A DNA stretch of 41,704 nucleotides from a bacterium (GCA_029548585.1 JAKPNC010000143.1:1-41704); one strand, 5' to 3'. Counted from the first letter of the stretch, positions 11,486-20,759 are shown. The notes: a model not told the origin generated them from the sequence alone. A program made the numbers and translations.

Positions 11486-12232
11486 ATGAAAATGGAGATG
11501 AAAAGAAAGGGAAACAGGAGCAAAACGGGCATCAGGGAGATCCGCATGACAAAGGGATTTCTCAAATATGCCCTGGGTTCGTGCCTGATCGAGATAGGGG
11601 ATACGAGGGTTCTCTGCGCCGTCAGCCAGGAAGAGAGGGTGCCTTTTTTTCTGAGGGATACGGAAAGCGGCTGGCTTACGGCTGAGTATGCCCTGCTTCC
11701 TGCCTCCACGAGCGAAAGAAGCCAGAGAAATTCAAACCTTACCGGGCGCAGCCAGGAGATACAGAGGATGATAGGCCGTTCCCTGAGGGGGGTTCTCGAC
11801 CTGAAAAAAATAGGCGAAAGGACCATTTACGTTGACTGCGATGTCCTGCAGGCAGACGGGGGAACCCGGACCGCTGCAGTGACAGGCGCCTTCGTTGCCC
11901 TTGTAGAAGGTCTCTCCAAGCTCAAGAAGGCAGGCATGTTAAGGCTTCCGCTCCTGAGGGATTACCTTGCGGCCGTCAGTGTCGGCATAGTTTACGGAAA
12001 CAGGTTCGTCGACCTTGATTACCAGGAAGATTCTTCCGCCTCGGTTGATTTAAACGTTGTAATGACAGGAAATGGCGAATTCGTGGAAATCCAGGGTACG
12101 GCTGAAGGCGTTCCTTTCAGCAGGAAGGAACTTGATTCACTCCTTGAGATTGCAGGGGAGGGCATCAGAGAGATAATTGAGATGGAAAAAGGGGTGCTCA
12201 GGGATGAGATTCAATTTTTACTTGGCAACTAA
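11486..12232 (+). CDS. rph: Ribonuclease PH
   Basis: GSCLIEIGDTRVLCAVS, GRSQEIQRMIGRSLR and DCDVLQADGGTRTAAVTGAFVAL are diagnostic. The start is ambiguous among ATGs at 11441, 11486, 11492 and 11498. Confidence 0.9.
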   Translation: MKMEMKRKGNRSKTGIREIRMTKGFLKYALGSCLIEIGDTRVLCAVSQEERVPFFLRDTESGWLTAEYALLPASTSERSQRNSNLTGRSQEIQRMIGRSLRGVLDLKKIGERTIYVDCDVLQADGGTRTAAVTGAFVALVEGLSKLKKAGMLRLPLLRDYLAAVSVGIVYGNRFVDLDYQEDSSASVDLNVVMTGNGEFVEIQGTAEGVPFSRKELDSLLEIAGEGIREIIEMEKGVLRDEIQFLLGN

Positions 12233-12806
12233 GAATGTCAACAAGGTGAACGAAGTCCGCAGGATAATGTCCGGCAATAACATTGATGTCCTTCCATGCC
12301 CGGAAGGGATAGATTTTCCCGATGAAAACGGCGTGACATTCGAAGAAAACGCCCTTCTGAAGGCCGCCCATCTGAGGAGCCTGCTTCCGGGGGCTTTCGT
12401 TGCGGGGGAAGATTCCGGGCTCGAGGTTGAAATGCTCGGCGGCCAGCCCGGGGTCAACTCTGCAAGGTTTGCCGGCATTCACGGGGATGACCGGGCCAAC
12501 ATAAAAAAGCTCCTGGAATCCCTTTCATCCTTCCGCAGGATGGAAGACCGCAAGGCAAGGTTTGTAACATCGGTGGCCTTCATAGGTTCCGGGTCGCCAG
12601 TATTCTTCAGGGGGGAAATAGAGGGTTTCATATCCCTTTTCCCCAGGGGCAGCGGAGGTTTCGGGTACGACCCTGTTTTCATTCTGCCATCTTCGGGCAA
12701 AACCTTCGCCGAGATGACCCCTGAAGAGAAGAACCTGGTAAGCCACAGGGCCTCGGCATTCAGAAAACTTTCTTTATATTTGCAGAAAGGCGGAGAAAAA
12801 AGGTAA
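12204..12806 (+). CDS. rdgB: Non-canonical purine NTP pyrophosphatase RdgB/HAM1
   Basis: It has MRFNFYLATKNVNKVNEV, FGYDPVF and SHRASAF. It overlaps the end of rph by 29 nt, the classic rph-rdgB pair. Confidence 0.85.
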   Translation: MRFNFYLATKNVNKVNEVRRIMSGNNIDVLPCPEGIDFPDENGVTFEENALLKAAHLRSLLPGAFVAGEDSGLEVEMLGGQPGVNSARFAGIHGDDRANIKKLLESLSSFRRMEDRKARFVTSVAFIGSGSPVFFRGEIEGFISLFPRGSGGFGYDPVFILPSSGKTFAEMTPEEKNLVSHRASAFRKLSLYLQKGGEKR

Positions 12807-12825
12807 AATAATAGGGTTCTTTAAT

Positions 12826-12897
12826 GGCGGGGTAGCTCAGTGGCAGAGCAGTCGGCTCATACCCGGCGCGTCTGGGGTTCGAATCCCCATCCCGCTA
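12826..12897 (+). tRNA. tRNA-Met (anticodon CAT at 12858-12860), elongator type, or possibly tRNA-Ile2
   Basis: Manual cloverleaf: GGCGGGG / TA / GCTC-AGTGGCA-GAGC / A / GTCGG-CTCATAC-CCGGC / GCGTC / TGGGG-TTCGAAT-CCCCA / TCCCGCT / A. It lacks the three G:C anticodon-stem pairs and the 1:72 mismatch of an initiator tRNA. No CCA is encoded. Confidence 0.85.
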
Positions 12898-12937
12898 CTC
12901 CATCCTTTGATCCGATCCAAGAGCCCGGGAGTAAAAA

Positions 12938-14221
12938 GTGTTTGTCAAATTGAACGGAATGCCCTATCAAAACGGCAGGAAGATGGGGTTGCATTCAAAG
13001 AACGTCCTTAAAAAAAGAATATTGCAGGTAGAATCGATAAGAAAAGCCGGCAAGGTTTCTTCCCGGATCCTCTCTTCGCGCGTAAAAGAATTTACATCTC
13101 TTCTCCTGAAGGTCTCCCCTCACTGGCTGGATGAAATAAAGGGCCAGTCGGAAACCTCCGGGCTGGATGTGAGCAGCCTGGTCGGATTGAACTGCCTGCC
13201 CGACGGCTTCTTTTCAAACATGTCTCCCGGTCCTGTAATTGATACAAGCCAGAACTGCTCCTCATTCTTCCTGTCGGAGCCGTCAAGGAATATCCTGTTC
13301 AAGATAAGGGACGAGAAGAACTTCCCTCAATCTTTTCTCGTGCTGCATAGCCGGGGTTTTTACTCGTCTCAAGCCGGGCGGGACATAGGGAATGCCGGAT
13401 TTGCACATTTCTTCAACGAGAAGGCCCTGGCCGGGGCAAATAACACCGGGTCCTATACCACCCATCCCACTGAAAGACCTCTCTTCAACGATTGCCACGT
13501 TATGAGATACGTATCAGAGAGGGCGGGATCTGTCCGGGAGATTCCAGGCCTCATAGAGAACCTTATAGAAAAAAAAGCAATGGGCGGCGCAAACGGGGAA
13601 AGGGGAGCCATCTTCCTCTTTGCCGATCCCGTCGAGGGACTTCTTGTCGAGTGCGATTCACGGGATTACACGGCAAGGTTCATCTCAAAGGGAAAATATG
13701 CCGTGACCAACCATTATACCACGGCGAAAGCCAGAAAATGGGAATCCCTGCCTCCCGGAAATAATACGCTGACCAGGAGGAAGAGGCTCAGGGATCTTCT
13801 CTCGAAAAGCGGCGGAATTCTTTCGCCTGAGCGGGTATGCGAGATTTCGAGGGATACCAAGAACCATCCGGACAGCCTCTGCAAGAGGGCAGGCTCAACT
13901 TTCTTCACTACCGTATCTGCCCAGTGCCAGTTTATTGACAGGAAAAATATCTCCGGATCGATTAACCTTGTATCCTGCGGGAATCCTCTCACTTCCGTTT
14001 TTTTGCCGTTTGCCCTGCCTTTCGAACGGACCTTCGTGCCCGCCCTTTCGGGGGATTACTACATGGCATCGGAGGCAGCAGGATTTACCGGAGATGAGGC
14101 CGGGACATCCCGCGTCAGGCATCCCGGGTGGGAGATCTCTGCATTTGACAGGACGGGAGAGGCCGGGGCGCTCTGGGAGGAAGCTTACTTAATGCTCAAA
14201 AGGAGAAATGATATTTCATGA
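12938..14221 (+). CDS. Peptidase C45 / acyl-CoA:6-APA acyltransferase-like Ntn hydrolase
   Basis: 427 aa with a GTG start 8 nt after GGGAG. The N-terminal GMPYQNGRKMG resembles the family GxPYExG motif. SQN-CSSFFL near residue 107 fits the autoproteolytic site that exposes the nucleophile Cys. Confidence 0.5.
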   Translation: MFVKLNGMPYQNGRKMGLHSKNVLKKRILQVESIRKAGKVSSRILSSRVKEFTSLLLKVSPHWLDEIKGQSETSGLDVSSLVGLNCLPDGFFSNMSPGPVIDTSQNCSSFFLSEPSRNILFKIRDEKNFPQSFLVLHSRGFYSSQAGRDIGNAGFAHFFNEKALAGANNTGSYTTHPTERPLFNDCHVMRYVSERAGSVREIPGLIENLIEKKAMGGANGERGAIFLFADPVEGLLVECDSRDYTARFISKGKYAVTNHYTTAKARKWESLPPGNNTLTRRKRLRDLLSKSGGILSPERVCEISRDTKNHPDSLCKRAGSTFFTTVSAQCQFIDRKNISGSINLVSCGNPLTSVFLPFALPFERTFVPALSGDYYMASEAAGFTGDEAGTSRVRHPGWEISAFDRTGEAGALWEEAYLMLKRRNDIS

Positions 14222-15156
14222 CATACAAAACCGTATCGGAAAAGATCCTTCTTAAAACGCTTGACAGCCTCATACTGAAAAGCGTCACTGCCATTCCCGG
14301 GGACGTTAAGCTCTGCCTCGAAAAGATAATGGAAGCAGAAAAGCCGGGAAGCATGGCCGCCGAGAGTATCAGGGTGACAATGGAAAACCTCAGGATGTGC
14401 GAAAAGGAATCCCTTCTTGCGTGTCCCGACACGGGCTATCCCCTCTTCTATTTCAGGGTAGGTAGCGGGATCCTTCCGGAAAACGGCATGGAGTCACTTT
14501 ATGAAGCATCAATCCGCTGCGTTGAAAGGGCCACCGGCAAAAACCGCCTGCGCAAGACCATGGTCCATCCACTTACAAGGTTCAATCCCGGAACCAATGT
14601 CATCCAGTTCCTTCCAAAGGTGGAGGTTAAATTTTCCGGGGATATAGATTACCTGGAAGCCACCTTTGTTCCAAAGGGAGGGGGATCGGAGATATTCGGG
14701 ACTTTCTACAGAATGATGACGCCGGTTGACGGGATCAGGGGGGTAAAGAAATTTATCCTGGATTCCGCACAAAGGGCAATGGAAGCCGGCAAGAGCTGTC
14801 CCCCGAACCTTGTCGGAATCGGCATAGGAGGCACTGCCGATCTCTGCATGAAGCTTGCAAAGGAATCCGCATTGCTCAGGCCTGTCGGAAGCCGTCATCC
14901 CGAGAAGATAATCTCCGACATGGAAAGATCTCTGATGGATGACATAAATTCTCTGGGTATCGGTTCAATGGGGACAGGGGGCAAAATCTCCCTGCTTGAC
15001 CTCCATATAGAATACGCCGCCTCGCACACCGCGGCCCTCCCGGTGGCGTTCAACTGCCAGTGTTCGGTATGCAGGAGGGCGACTGCAAGGATATACCCTT
15101 CAGGAAAGGTTGAAATGCTTGATTACCCCGACTGGTTCGGAAGAGGTGAAAAATGA
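14218..15156 (+). CDS. Class I (Fe-S) fumarate hydratase / tartrate dehydratase, alpha subunit
   Basis: 312 aa. CPDTGYPLFYFRVG and GIGIGGTADLC are motifs of the Fe-S hydro-lyase alpha-type catalytic domain. An ATGA overlap joins it to the upstream gene. Confidence 0.8.
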   Translation: MTYKTVSEKILLKTLDSLILKSVTAIPGDVKLCLEKIMEAEKPGSMAAESIRVTMENLRMCEKESLLACPDTGYPLFYFRVGSGILPENGMESLYEASIRCVERATGKNRLRKTMVHPLTRFNPGTNVIQFLPKVEVKFSGDIDYLEATFVPKGGGSEIFGTFYRMMTPVDGIRGVKKFILDSAQRAMEAGKSCPPNLVGIGIGGTADLCMKLAKESALLRPVGSRHPEKIISDMERSLMDDINSLGIGSMGTGGKISLLDLHIEYAASHTAALPVAFNCQCSVCRRATARIYPSGKVEMLDYPDWFGRGEK

Positions 15157-15773
15157 TAAAAGAGATTACCCTGCCGCTTGAAATGAAGACACTTCGCAGC
15201 CTTGTAGCCGGAGATCTCGTCACCCTTACGGGCAGGATATTTACCGGAAGGGAATCCTTTTACATCAGGGCGGTGGAAGAAAAGATCTTGCCGGACCTTG
15301 ACTACGAAGCCATAAACGTCATGATGCACGTCGGACCCGTCATGGAGAAGACGCAGGGAGAGTGGAAGGTCCTCAGTCTTACCCCTACGACAAGCATAAG
15401 GATGGAGAAGTATGCAGGCCCAATGATTAAAAGGCTCAGGACCAGGGCCCTTATAGGAAAGGGAACCATGGGCAGGAAGAGCATGGAGGCCATGAAGAAA
15501 GAGGGGGCCGTCCACCTGTCTCCCACGGGCATATATCCTTCGCTTCTTGCAGGTCAGGTCAGGAAGGTGGAGAAGGTCTTTTTTCTCGAAGAAACAGGGC
15601 CCACTGAAGCAACCTGGATCTTCGATGTGGCATCCTTCGGCCCTTTCCTGGTTGACATGGACTGCCATGGAGGTAATTATTTTGAAGGCATCATATCCCG
15701 TTCCATGGAGCAGATGAAGAAGGTTTATGCAAAACACGGCATACCCCAGGGTTACAAGTACACTCCTATTTGA
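15153..15773 (+). CDS. Class I fumarate hydratase / tartrate dehydratase, beta subunit
   Basis: 206 aa. GDLVTLTGRIFTGRESFYIRAVE and LIGKGTMG are typical of the beta-type domain. An ATGA overlap joins it to the alpha subunit. Confidence 0.8.
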   Translation: MIKEITLPLEMKTLRSLVAGDLVTLTGRIFTGRESFYIRAVEEKILPDLDYEAINVMMHVGPVMEKTQGEWKVLSLTPTTSIRMEKYAGPMIKRLRTRALIGKGTMGRKSMEAMKKEGAVHLSPTGIYPSLLAGQVRKVEKVFFLEETGPTEATWIFDVASFGPFLVDMDCHGGNYFEGIISRSMEQMKKVYAKHGIPQGYKYTPI

Positions 15774-15819
15774 GCCTGGGATTTGACTTTCATTTTCACA
15801 AAGACGGAGAGGAGATTAC

Positions 15820-17145
15820 ATGATAAGCAGGGAAAAAGCCAAAAAGAATATATGCAGGATTATAGACGAAGAGAGCAGTCGTATCATTAAAATCGGGGAG
15901 GATATACTCAGGATGCCTGAGAAGGGGTTCCAGGAATTCAAAACTTCCGCCTACGTGCAGGAATGCTTCGGGAAAGAGGGTATCCCTTTCAGGTCGGGGC
16001 TCGCCGTAACAGGCGTGCGTGCGGACCTCGGGGGTGGCAGTAAGGGGCCCCGGATAGCCCTCATGGGAGAGCTCGACGCCCTTTCCGTCCCGGAACATCC
16101 TTTTGCGGATGTTGAAACCGGCGCCGCCCATGCCTGCGGCCATAACGCACAGCTGAGCGGCATGCTCGGGGCTGCCATTGGCTTGAAGAGAAGCGGGGTG
16201 CTGGAACATCTTGCGGGTTCAATCTCCTTCATGGCCGTTCCGGCAGAAGAGCTTAACGATATGAATTACAGGCTTGACCTGAGAAAAAAAAGAAAAATAT
16301 CCTTCATGTCAGGCAAGCAGGAGTTCATAAAAATAGGATGCTTTGACGATATAGACATGGCTATCATGATACACGGATCCGAGGGCCGCGGGGCGGGAGT
16401 TAGTGAATCCTACAACGGCTTCCTGTTCAAGGTTTCACGCTTTACGGGCAGGGCGGCCCATTCCGCGGCGTCTCCGCATCTTGGCGTAAATGCTCTACAG
16501 GCGGCTTCTCTCGCTCTTTCCGCCCTGAACGCACAGAACGAGACATACCTCGACGAGGAGCGTGCAAGGATACATTCCATATTCGAAATTCCATCTGCGG
16601 CAGTCAACGTAGTTCCGGCCGGCGTGGTAATGGAAACCCAGGTCAGGGCATCTAACGTGGAATCTATCCTGGGCGCTTCCAAAAAGGCCGACAGGGCGCT
16701 CAAGGCAGGGGCTCTCGCTCTCGGGGCAAAGGTTGCAATACAGACCATACCGGGCTATATGCCTACCATTCAGAACAAGGGGCTGATAGAGATTTACAGG
16801 CAGAACGTCATTCCCTTCATTCCCGGCCAGAAGTTTTACTTCAATCCTCCAAAGGCGTCTTCAACGGACATGGGAGACGTTTCTCAGATCATGCCTGCCA
16901 TACATCCTTACATGGGAGGCTGGAAGGGATCTCCGCACGGGCGGAATTTTGAAGTGACAGACAAGAACCTTGCCTACGTCGTACCGGCAAAGGTCCTTGC
17001 CCTGTGCGCCATAGACCTTCTTTGGGACAAAGCCGGGCAGGCCATGTCTATACTCCGGGAAACCAAGCCGGCCCTGACGAAGAAAAGGTATCTGGAGATA
17101 CAGGAGAAGAACTTCAACAGGTCTCTCTACGATTATTCCAGGTAG
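15820..17145 (+). CDS. M20-family amidohydrolase (AbgB / N-acyl-amino-acid amidohydrolase-like)
   Basis: 441 aa with the AHACGHNAQ metal-binding motif and a dimerisation-domain insert. GGAGAGGAG lies upstream. Confidence 0.8.
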   Translation: MISREKAKKNICRIIDEESSRIIKIGEDILRMPEKGFQEFKTSAYVQECFGKEGIPFRSGLAVTGVRADLGGGSKGPRIALMGELDALSVPEHPFADVETGAAHACGHNAQLSGMLGAAIGLKRSGVLEHLAGSISFMAVPAEELNDMNYRLDLRKKRKISFMSGKQEFIKIGCFDDIDMAIMIHGSEGRGAGVSESYNGFLFKVSRFTGRAAHSAASPHLGVNALQAASLALSALNAQNETYLDEERARIHSIFEIPSAAVNVVPAGVVMETQVRASNVESILGASKKADRALKAGALALGAKVAIQTIPGYMPTIQNKGLIEIYRQNVIPFIPGQKFYFNPPKASSTDMGDVSQIMPAIHPYMGGWKGSPHGRNFEVTDKNLAYVVPAKVLALCAIDLLWDKAGQAMSILRETKPALTKKRYLEIQEKNFNRSLYDYSR

Positions 17146-17191
17146 ACGGCCTCATTCAGCCTTATGCCCGGCGCTCCGGGCGGCGGGGGCG

Positions 17192-18304
17192 TCAGCTTAC
17201 GATCCCGCCTTCTTCGCTCAGGAAGATGCCTTTCAGTTTCATCTCGACGCTCTGGGGATTCTCGGCGTGGCTTAAAGCCGTTTCCTTGTCGATATACCCG
17301 TTGTTAACCAGGTTCACAATGGAATTCTCGAAATCTACCATCCCGTCTTCCTTGCCCGCCTTTATTGCCTTTACGATTTTCTCGTCCTTTTCTTCCACTA
17401 TCAACCGGGCAATAAGTGGATTGATGAACATGATCTCGCAAGCCGGGATCCTCTGGATGTCGGGTTTGATGGAAGAAAGAAGCTGCTGGGAAACTACAGC
17501 CCTCAAGTGGAGGCTTATATCTTTCCTGACCTGCGGCTGCCGGTTCTGGGGAAAGAAATTGAGGATCCTGCCTATGGTCAGTGTTGCATTTGAACTGTGG
17601 AGCGTGCCGAAGACGAGGTGGCCGGTCTCTGCGGCGTGGAGAGCGAATTCAACGGTCTCTGTGTCCCTCATTTCCCCCACCAGGATGATGTCGGGATCTT
17701 CCCTTACTGCAAATTTGAGGGCGATTTTGAAGGATTCCACGTCTATCCCGATCTCCCTCTGCGTGATGATTGCTTTCTTGTTGGTATATAAAAACTCTAT
17801 GGGGTCTTCTATACACAGGATATGGCATGCCTTCTTTCCGTTGATATCGTTTACCAGGGCGGCCAGGGTTGAGGATTTGCCGCATCCGGTCGGCCCCGTT
17901 ACCAGTACAAGCCCGTTAACATAATGAGATATGTTTGCCAGTGTTTCCGGAAGGTTGAGGGACTTGAATGTCGGAATCTCGTCGGATATCCTTCTTGCCA
18001 CGATGGAAGTCGAGCCTCTCTGCCTGAATATGTTGACCCTGAACCTTCCGATCCCCTGCATCGCGAGGGCGATGTCTATGCCGCCGTTTTCCTCCAGGGC
18101 ATTCCTGTCCCTCTCCTTGACCAGGGTGTCCTTTATCAGTTCAAGCATCTCGTCTGACGAAAGCATGGGAAGGTTGTCCAGCCTTACCAGTTCTCCTTTT
18201 ATGCGCAGTATCGGAGGAGAACCTACGTGAAGATGTATGTCGGATGCGTTCATCTCTTTCGATTGTTTCATGAGGAATTTCAAGATATTATTTTCGTTGG
18301 ACAT
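17192..18304 (-). CDS. pilT: Type IV pilus retraction ATPase PilT
   Basis: 370 aa. Walker A is GPTGCGKSST, with the Asp box / Walker B ILVGEMRD and His box LVFGTLHS. AIALAMQGIGRFRVNIFRQRG is typical of PilT. Confidence 0.85.
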   Translation of the reverse strand: MSNENNILKFLMKQSKEMNASDIHLHVGSPPILRIKGELVRLDNLPMLSSDEMLELIKDTLVKERDRNALEENGGIDIALAMQGIGRFRVNIFRQRGSTSIVARRISDEIPTFKSLNLPETLANISHYVNGLVLVTGPTGCGKSSTLAALVNDINGKKACHILCIEDPIEFLYTNKKAIITQREIGIDVESFKIALKFAVREDPDIILVGEMRDTETVEFALHAAETGHLVFGTLHSSNATLTIGRILNFFPQNRQPQVRKDISLHLRAVVSQQLLSSIKPDIQRIPACEIMFINPLIARLIVEEKDEKIVKAIKAGKEDGMVDFENSIVNLVNNGYIDKETALSHAENPQSVEMKLKGIFLSEEGGIVS

Positions 18305-18325
18305 GGCGGTACTCCCGTGTTAAAA

Positions 18326-18354
18326 TTGAAATTTTACCACATGTATATTAACAT
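18326..18354 (+). promoter_or_regulatory. Weak promoter-like element placed for a leaderless flavodoxin-like mRNA
   Basis: TTGAAA-N17-TAACAT ends 6 nt before the ATG at 18361. No SD lies upstream of that ATG. Confidence 0.3.
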
Positions 18355-18360
18355 ATATGC

Positions 18361-18867
18361 ATGAAAATTGCCATTGTATATTTTTCCCTTTCGGGACGGA
18401 CCGAACTTCTCAGCGGACTGGCCGCCTCTGCTGCCAGGGAAGAGAAGGCCGGGGTTGCCGTTTTCAGGCTTGAAACCGGGGATACGGGATCTTTTATCAA
18501 GAACTGCATGGATGCTTTCGGCAAAAAAACGGCCATGCTTAAGGAAGTCCCTGATACGAAAGGGTTTGACATGCTTTTCCTTTGCACCCCCGTCTGGGCA
18601 TTTGACATAACCCCCGCAATGCGCTCTTTCATAGGGCTTTCAGACATGAGGGGAAAAGGAGTCTTCCTCATGACGACTTACGGCAGCGGGAAGGGAAAGG
18701 AGAGGGCCATGAAGAGCTTTGAATCCCTCGTCCGGGAGGCCGGCGGCGAGGTGTTAGGAAAGTCCGAACTTAAAGGAAGGAAGGTCATTGAAGAATTCGA
18801 TTCCACAAAAGGAGGGATAAAGAAATGCTTAGAACAATTTCGACAGACAAAGCCCCCTGGGCGATAG
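18361..18867 (+). CDS. Flavodoxin-like fold protein
   Basis: 168 aa. The N-terminal MKIAIVYFSLSGRTE is a flavodoxin FMN-phosphate loop style motif. The 3' end overlaps ridA by 43 nt. Confidence 0.6.
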   Translation: MKIAIVYFSLSGRTELLSGLAASAAREEKAGVAVFRLETGDTGSFIKNCMDAFGKKTAMLKEVPDTKGFDMLFLCTPVWAFDITPAMRSFIGLSDMRGKGVFLMTTYGSGKGKERAMKSFESLVREAGGEVLGKSELKGRKVIEEFDSTKGGIKKCLEQFRQTKPPGR

Positions 18868-19205
18868 GTCCTTATTCCCAGGCGATTGTTGCCGGCAACC
18901 TTGTTTTCCTCTCGGGGCAGATACCCATAGAACCTTCTTCCAACGAGATGGTGAAAGGCGATATCTCTGTCCAGACTCAGCAGGTCATACAGAATATCAT
19001 CGTCATACTGAAGGAAGCGGGATGTGGCATAGAAAACGTTGTAAAGACAACGGTCTTTCTGCAGGACATGAAGGATTTCGAGAAGATGAACCTGGTATAT
19101 GCAGGGTATTTCAAGCATAAGCCGGCAAGGAGCACGGTCCAGGTTGCATGCCTTCCAAAAAAGGCTCTTGTTGAGATAGAGTGCGTTGCCGTCATGGGAG
19201 GGTGA
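18825..19205 (+). CDS. ridA: RidA/YjgF family reactive-intermediate deaminase
   Basis: 126 aa. MLRTISTDKAPWAIGPYSQAIVAGNLVFLSGQIP and RSTVQVACLPKKALVEIECVA are typical. Confidence 0.85.
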   Translation: MLRTISTDKAPWAIGPYSQAIVAGNLVFLSGQIPIEPSSNEMVKGDISVQTQQVIQNIIVILKEAGCGIENVVKTTVFLQDMKDFEKMNLVYAGYFKHKPARSTVQVACLPKKALVEIECVAVMGG

Positions 19206-19207
19206 GT

Positions 19208-19624
19208 CTATTCGCCTATTATCTTTACCAGGACGCGCTTCTTTCTTCTTCCGTCGAATTCCCCGTAAAAGACTTGTTCCCACGGGCCGAAATCAAGCCT
19301 GCCTCCTGTTATGGCTATGACCGCTTCCCTTCCCATGATCTGCCTCTTCAGGTGGGCGTCTCCGTTATCTTCCCCCGTGTTGTGCTCGTACCTTGAAACG
19401 GGTTCGTGGGGGGCAATCCCTTCAAGCCATTTTTCAAAATCCCTGTGAAGGCCGGGCTCATCGTCGTTCACGAATACGCTTGCGGTTATGTGCATCGCGT
19501 TCACAAGGCATAATCCTTCCCTGATCCCGCTTTCATCGACCGCTGCCTGTACCTGGCTTGTTATGTTGACGAATCCGAACCTGCCCGGGATATTGAAAAA
19601 AAGTTCTTTCCTCCAGCTTTTCAC
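19208..19624 (-). CDS. YjbQ/UPF0047 family protein (secondary thiamine-phosphate synthase-like)
   Basis: [37 protein letters not shown] and [13 protein letters not shown] are family motifs. I chose the GTG start at 19624 because AGGAGA lies 7-8 nt upstream. The alternative ATG at 19681 would overlap the upstream gene. Confidence 0.75.
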   Translation of the reverse strand: MKSWRKELFFNIPGRFGFVNITSQVQAAVDESGIREGLCLVNAMHITASVFVNDDEPGLHRDFEKWLEGIAPHEPVSRYEHNTGEDNGDAHLKRQIMGREAVIAITGGRLDFGPWEQVFYGEFDGRRKKRVLVKIIGE

Positions 19625-19670
19625 GGCTTTTTCTCCTTTCCGGTTCAGCGGGCGGGATGCATCAATACAT

Positions 19671-20699
19671 TCACGGGACAAGGACGGCCTTGATTACCGG
19701 TTTGGACCCGTCAATTATCGAAGACATGACATCCCCTGCCTGCCCGAACCCGAACCGGTGGGTTATCAGGTCCTCTGCGGGAAGGAGTCCCTCCCTGAGA
19801 ATGTTTATTGCCACCGGGAAGTTGATCGCAGGTTCTGCGAATGTCGGCCTGAGGGTTATCTTGCGGAATATCATGTCGTTTATATCCACGCTGATCTTAT
19901 TCTTTCCCCCGAAGTGGAGCCCGTAAAACGTAATGATGCCTCCGAAACGTATGATCCTGAAAGCGTCGTAGATGCTTTCGGGAGGGGAGGAAACTATAAT
20001 CCTGTCAACCCCGTCAGGAAATTTTTTCCTGATAGCGCCTTCTATGTCGTCTTTACCCTGTTCGAGCACGAGGTCGCACCCCCACTTTTTTGCGAGTTCA
20101 AGCCTTGCCTTCTCTCTCGGGTTAGCGGCCTGCATGCCCGTGATTGCAACGAAACCCGCCCCTCTCAGCCTTGCTATCCTGGCAGACATAAGCCCGAGAG
20201 GACCAGGGCCGAGAACGAGGACGCTTCCCCCGAGGGGGATATCTGCGTTAAGAACGGAGGTCAGAGATACCGCGAGCGGTTCGGTCAGGGACGCCGGGAC
20301 GTAATCGAGCCCTTCGAACCTGTTCAGACAGTTGAAATTGACTGAAAGATATTCCCCCATCCCTGGCTGGTTCTCCATGTTGTACATGTTCCTGCAGAAT
20401 TCCGGGTGGCCGCTCTTGCAGTCCCTGCAGACACCGCACATGGTGCAGTCTTCGACTATGACCCTGTCCCCGGCTTTAACGTTCCTGACATTCTTCCCCG
20501 TTTCGACGACCTCTGCCGCAACCTCGTGGCCAAGCGGCATGTATCCTTCTTCCCAGTCTTTCACGAAGTTGATATCCGTTCCGCATACCCCGCAGGCCCT
20601 TACCCTGACTATCACGTGGTTTTCGTCGGGGGGAGGGATCTCCCTTTTCTCCGTTTTGATATCCAGATATTTTTTTCCGTACAGTCCCTTGCTTTCCAT
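19671..20699 (-). CDS. Zn-dependent medium-chain alcohol/polyol dehydrogenase (threonine/sorbitol dehydrogenase-like)
   Basis: 342 aa. The catalytic Zn motif is [11 protein letters not shown]...[10 protein letters not shown], the structural Zn motif is [18 protein letters not shown], and the Rossmann motif is VLGPGPLG. Confidence 0.85.
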   Translation of the reverse strand: MESKGLYGKKYLDIKTEKREIPPPDENHVIVRVRACGVCGTDINFVKDWEEGYMPLGHEVAAEVVETGKNVRNVKAGDRVIVEDCTMCGVCRDCKSGHPEFCRNMYNMENQPGMGEYLSVNFNCLNRFEGLDYVPASLTEPLAVSLTSVLNADIPLGGSVLVLGPGPLGLMSARIARLRGAGFVAITGMQAANPREKARLELAKKWGCDLVLEQGKDDIEGAIRKKFPDGVDRIIVSSPPESIYDAFRIIRFGGIITFYGLHFGGKNKISVDINDMIFRKITLRPTFAEPAINFPVAINILREGLLPAEDLITHRFGFGQAGDVMSSIIDGSKPVIKAVLVP

Positions 20700-20759
20700 T
20701 GGTTCTCCTTTGTCCAGGCGTCCCGGAACACGGTTGCGGCCATTTGAAGATCCGGCGCC

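Noticed and set aside
17004-17924. A 306-aa plus-strand ORF overlaps the M20 3' end and lies antisense to pilT. Similar long antisense ORFs occur at 8754-9539, 19488-20345, 20898-21785, 29344-30069, 27590-28228, 6777-7481 and 15123-15737.
   Set aside because: Each is fully nested opposite a gene with strong family motifs. They lack start-site signals and have Ser/Pro/Arg/Leu-biased composition. I treat them as frame shadows.
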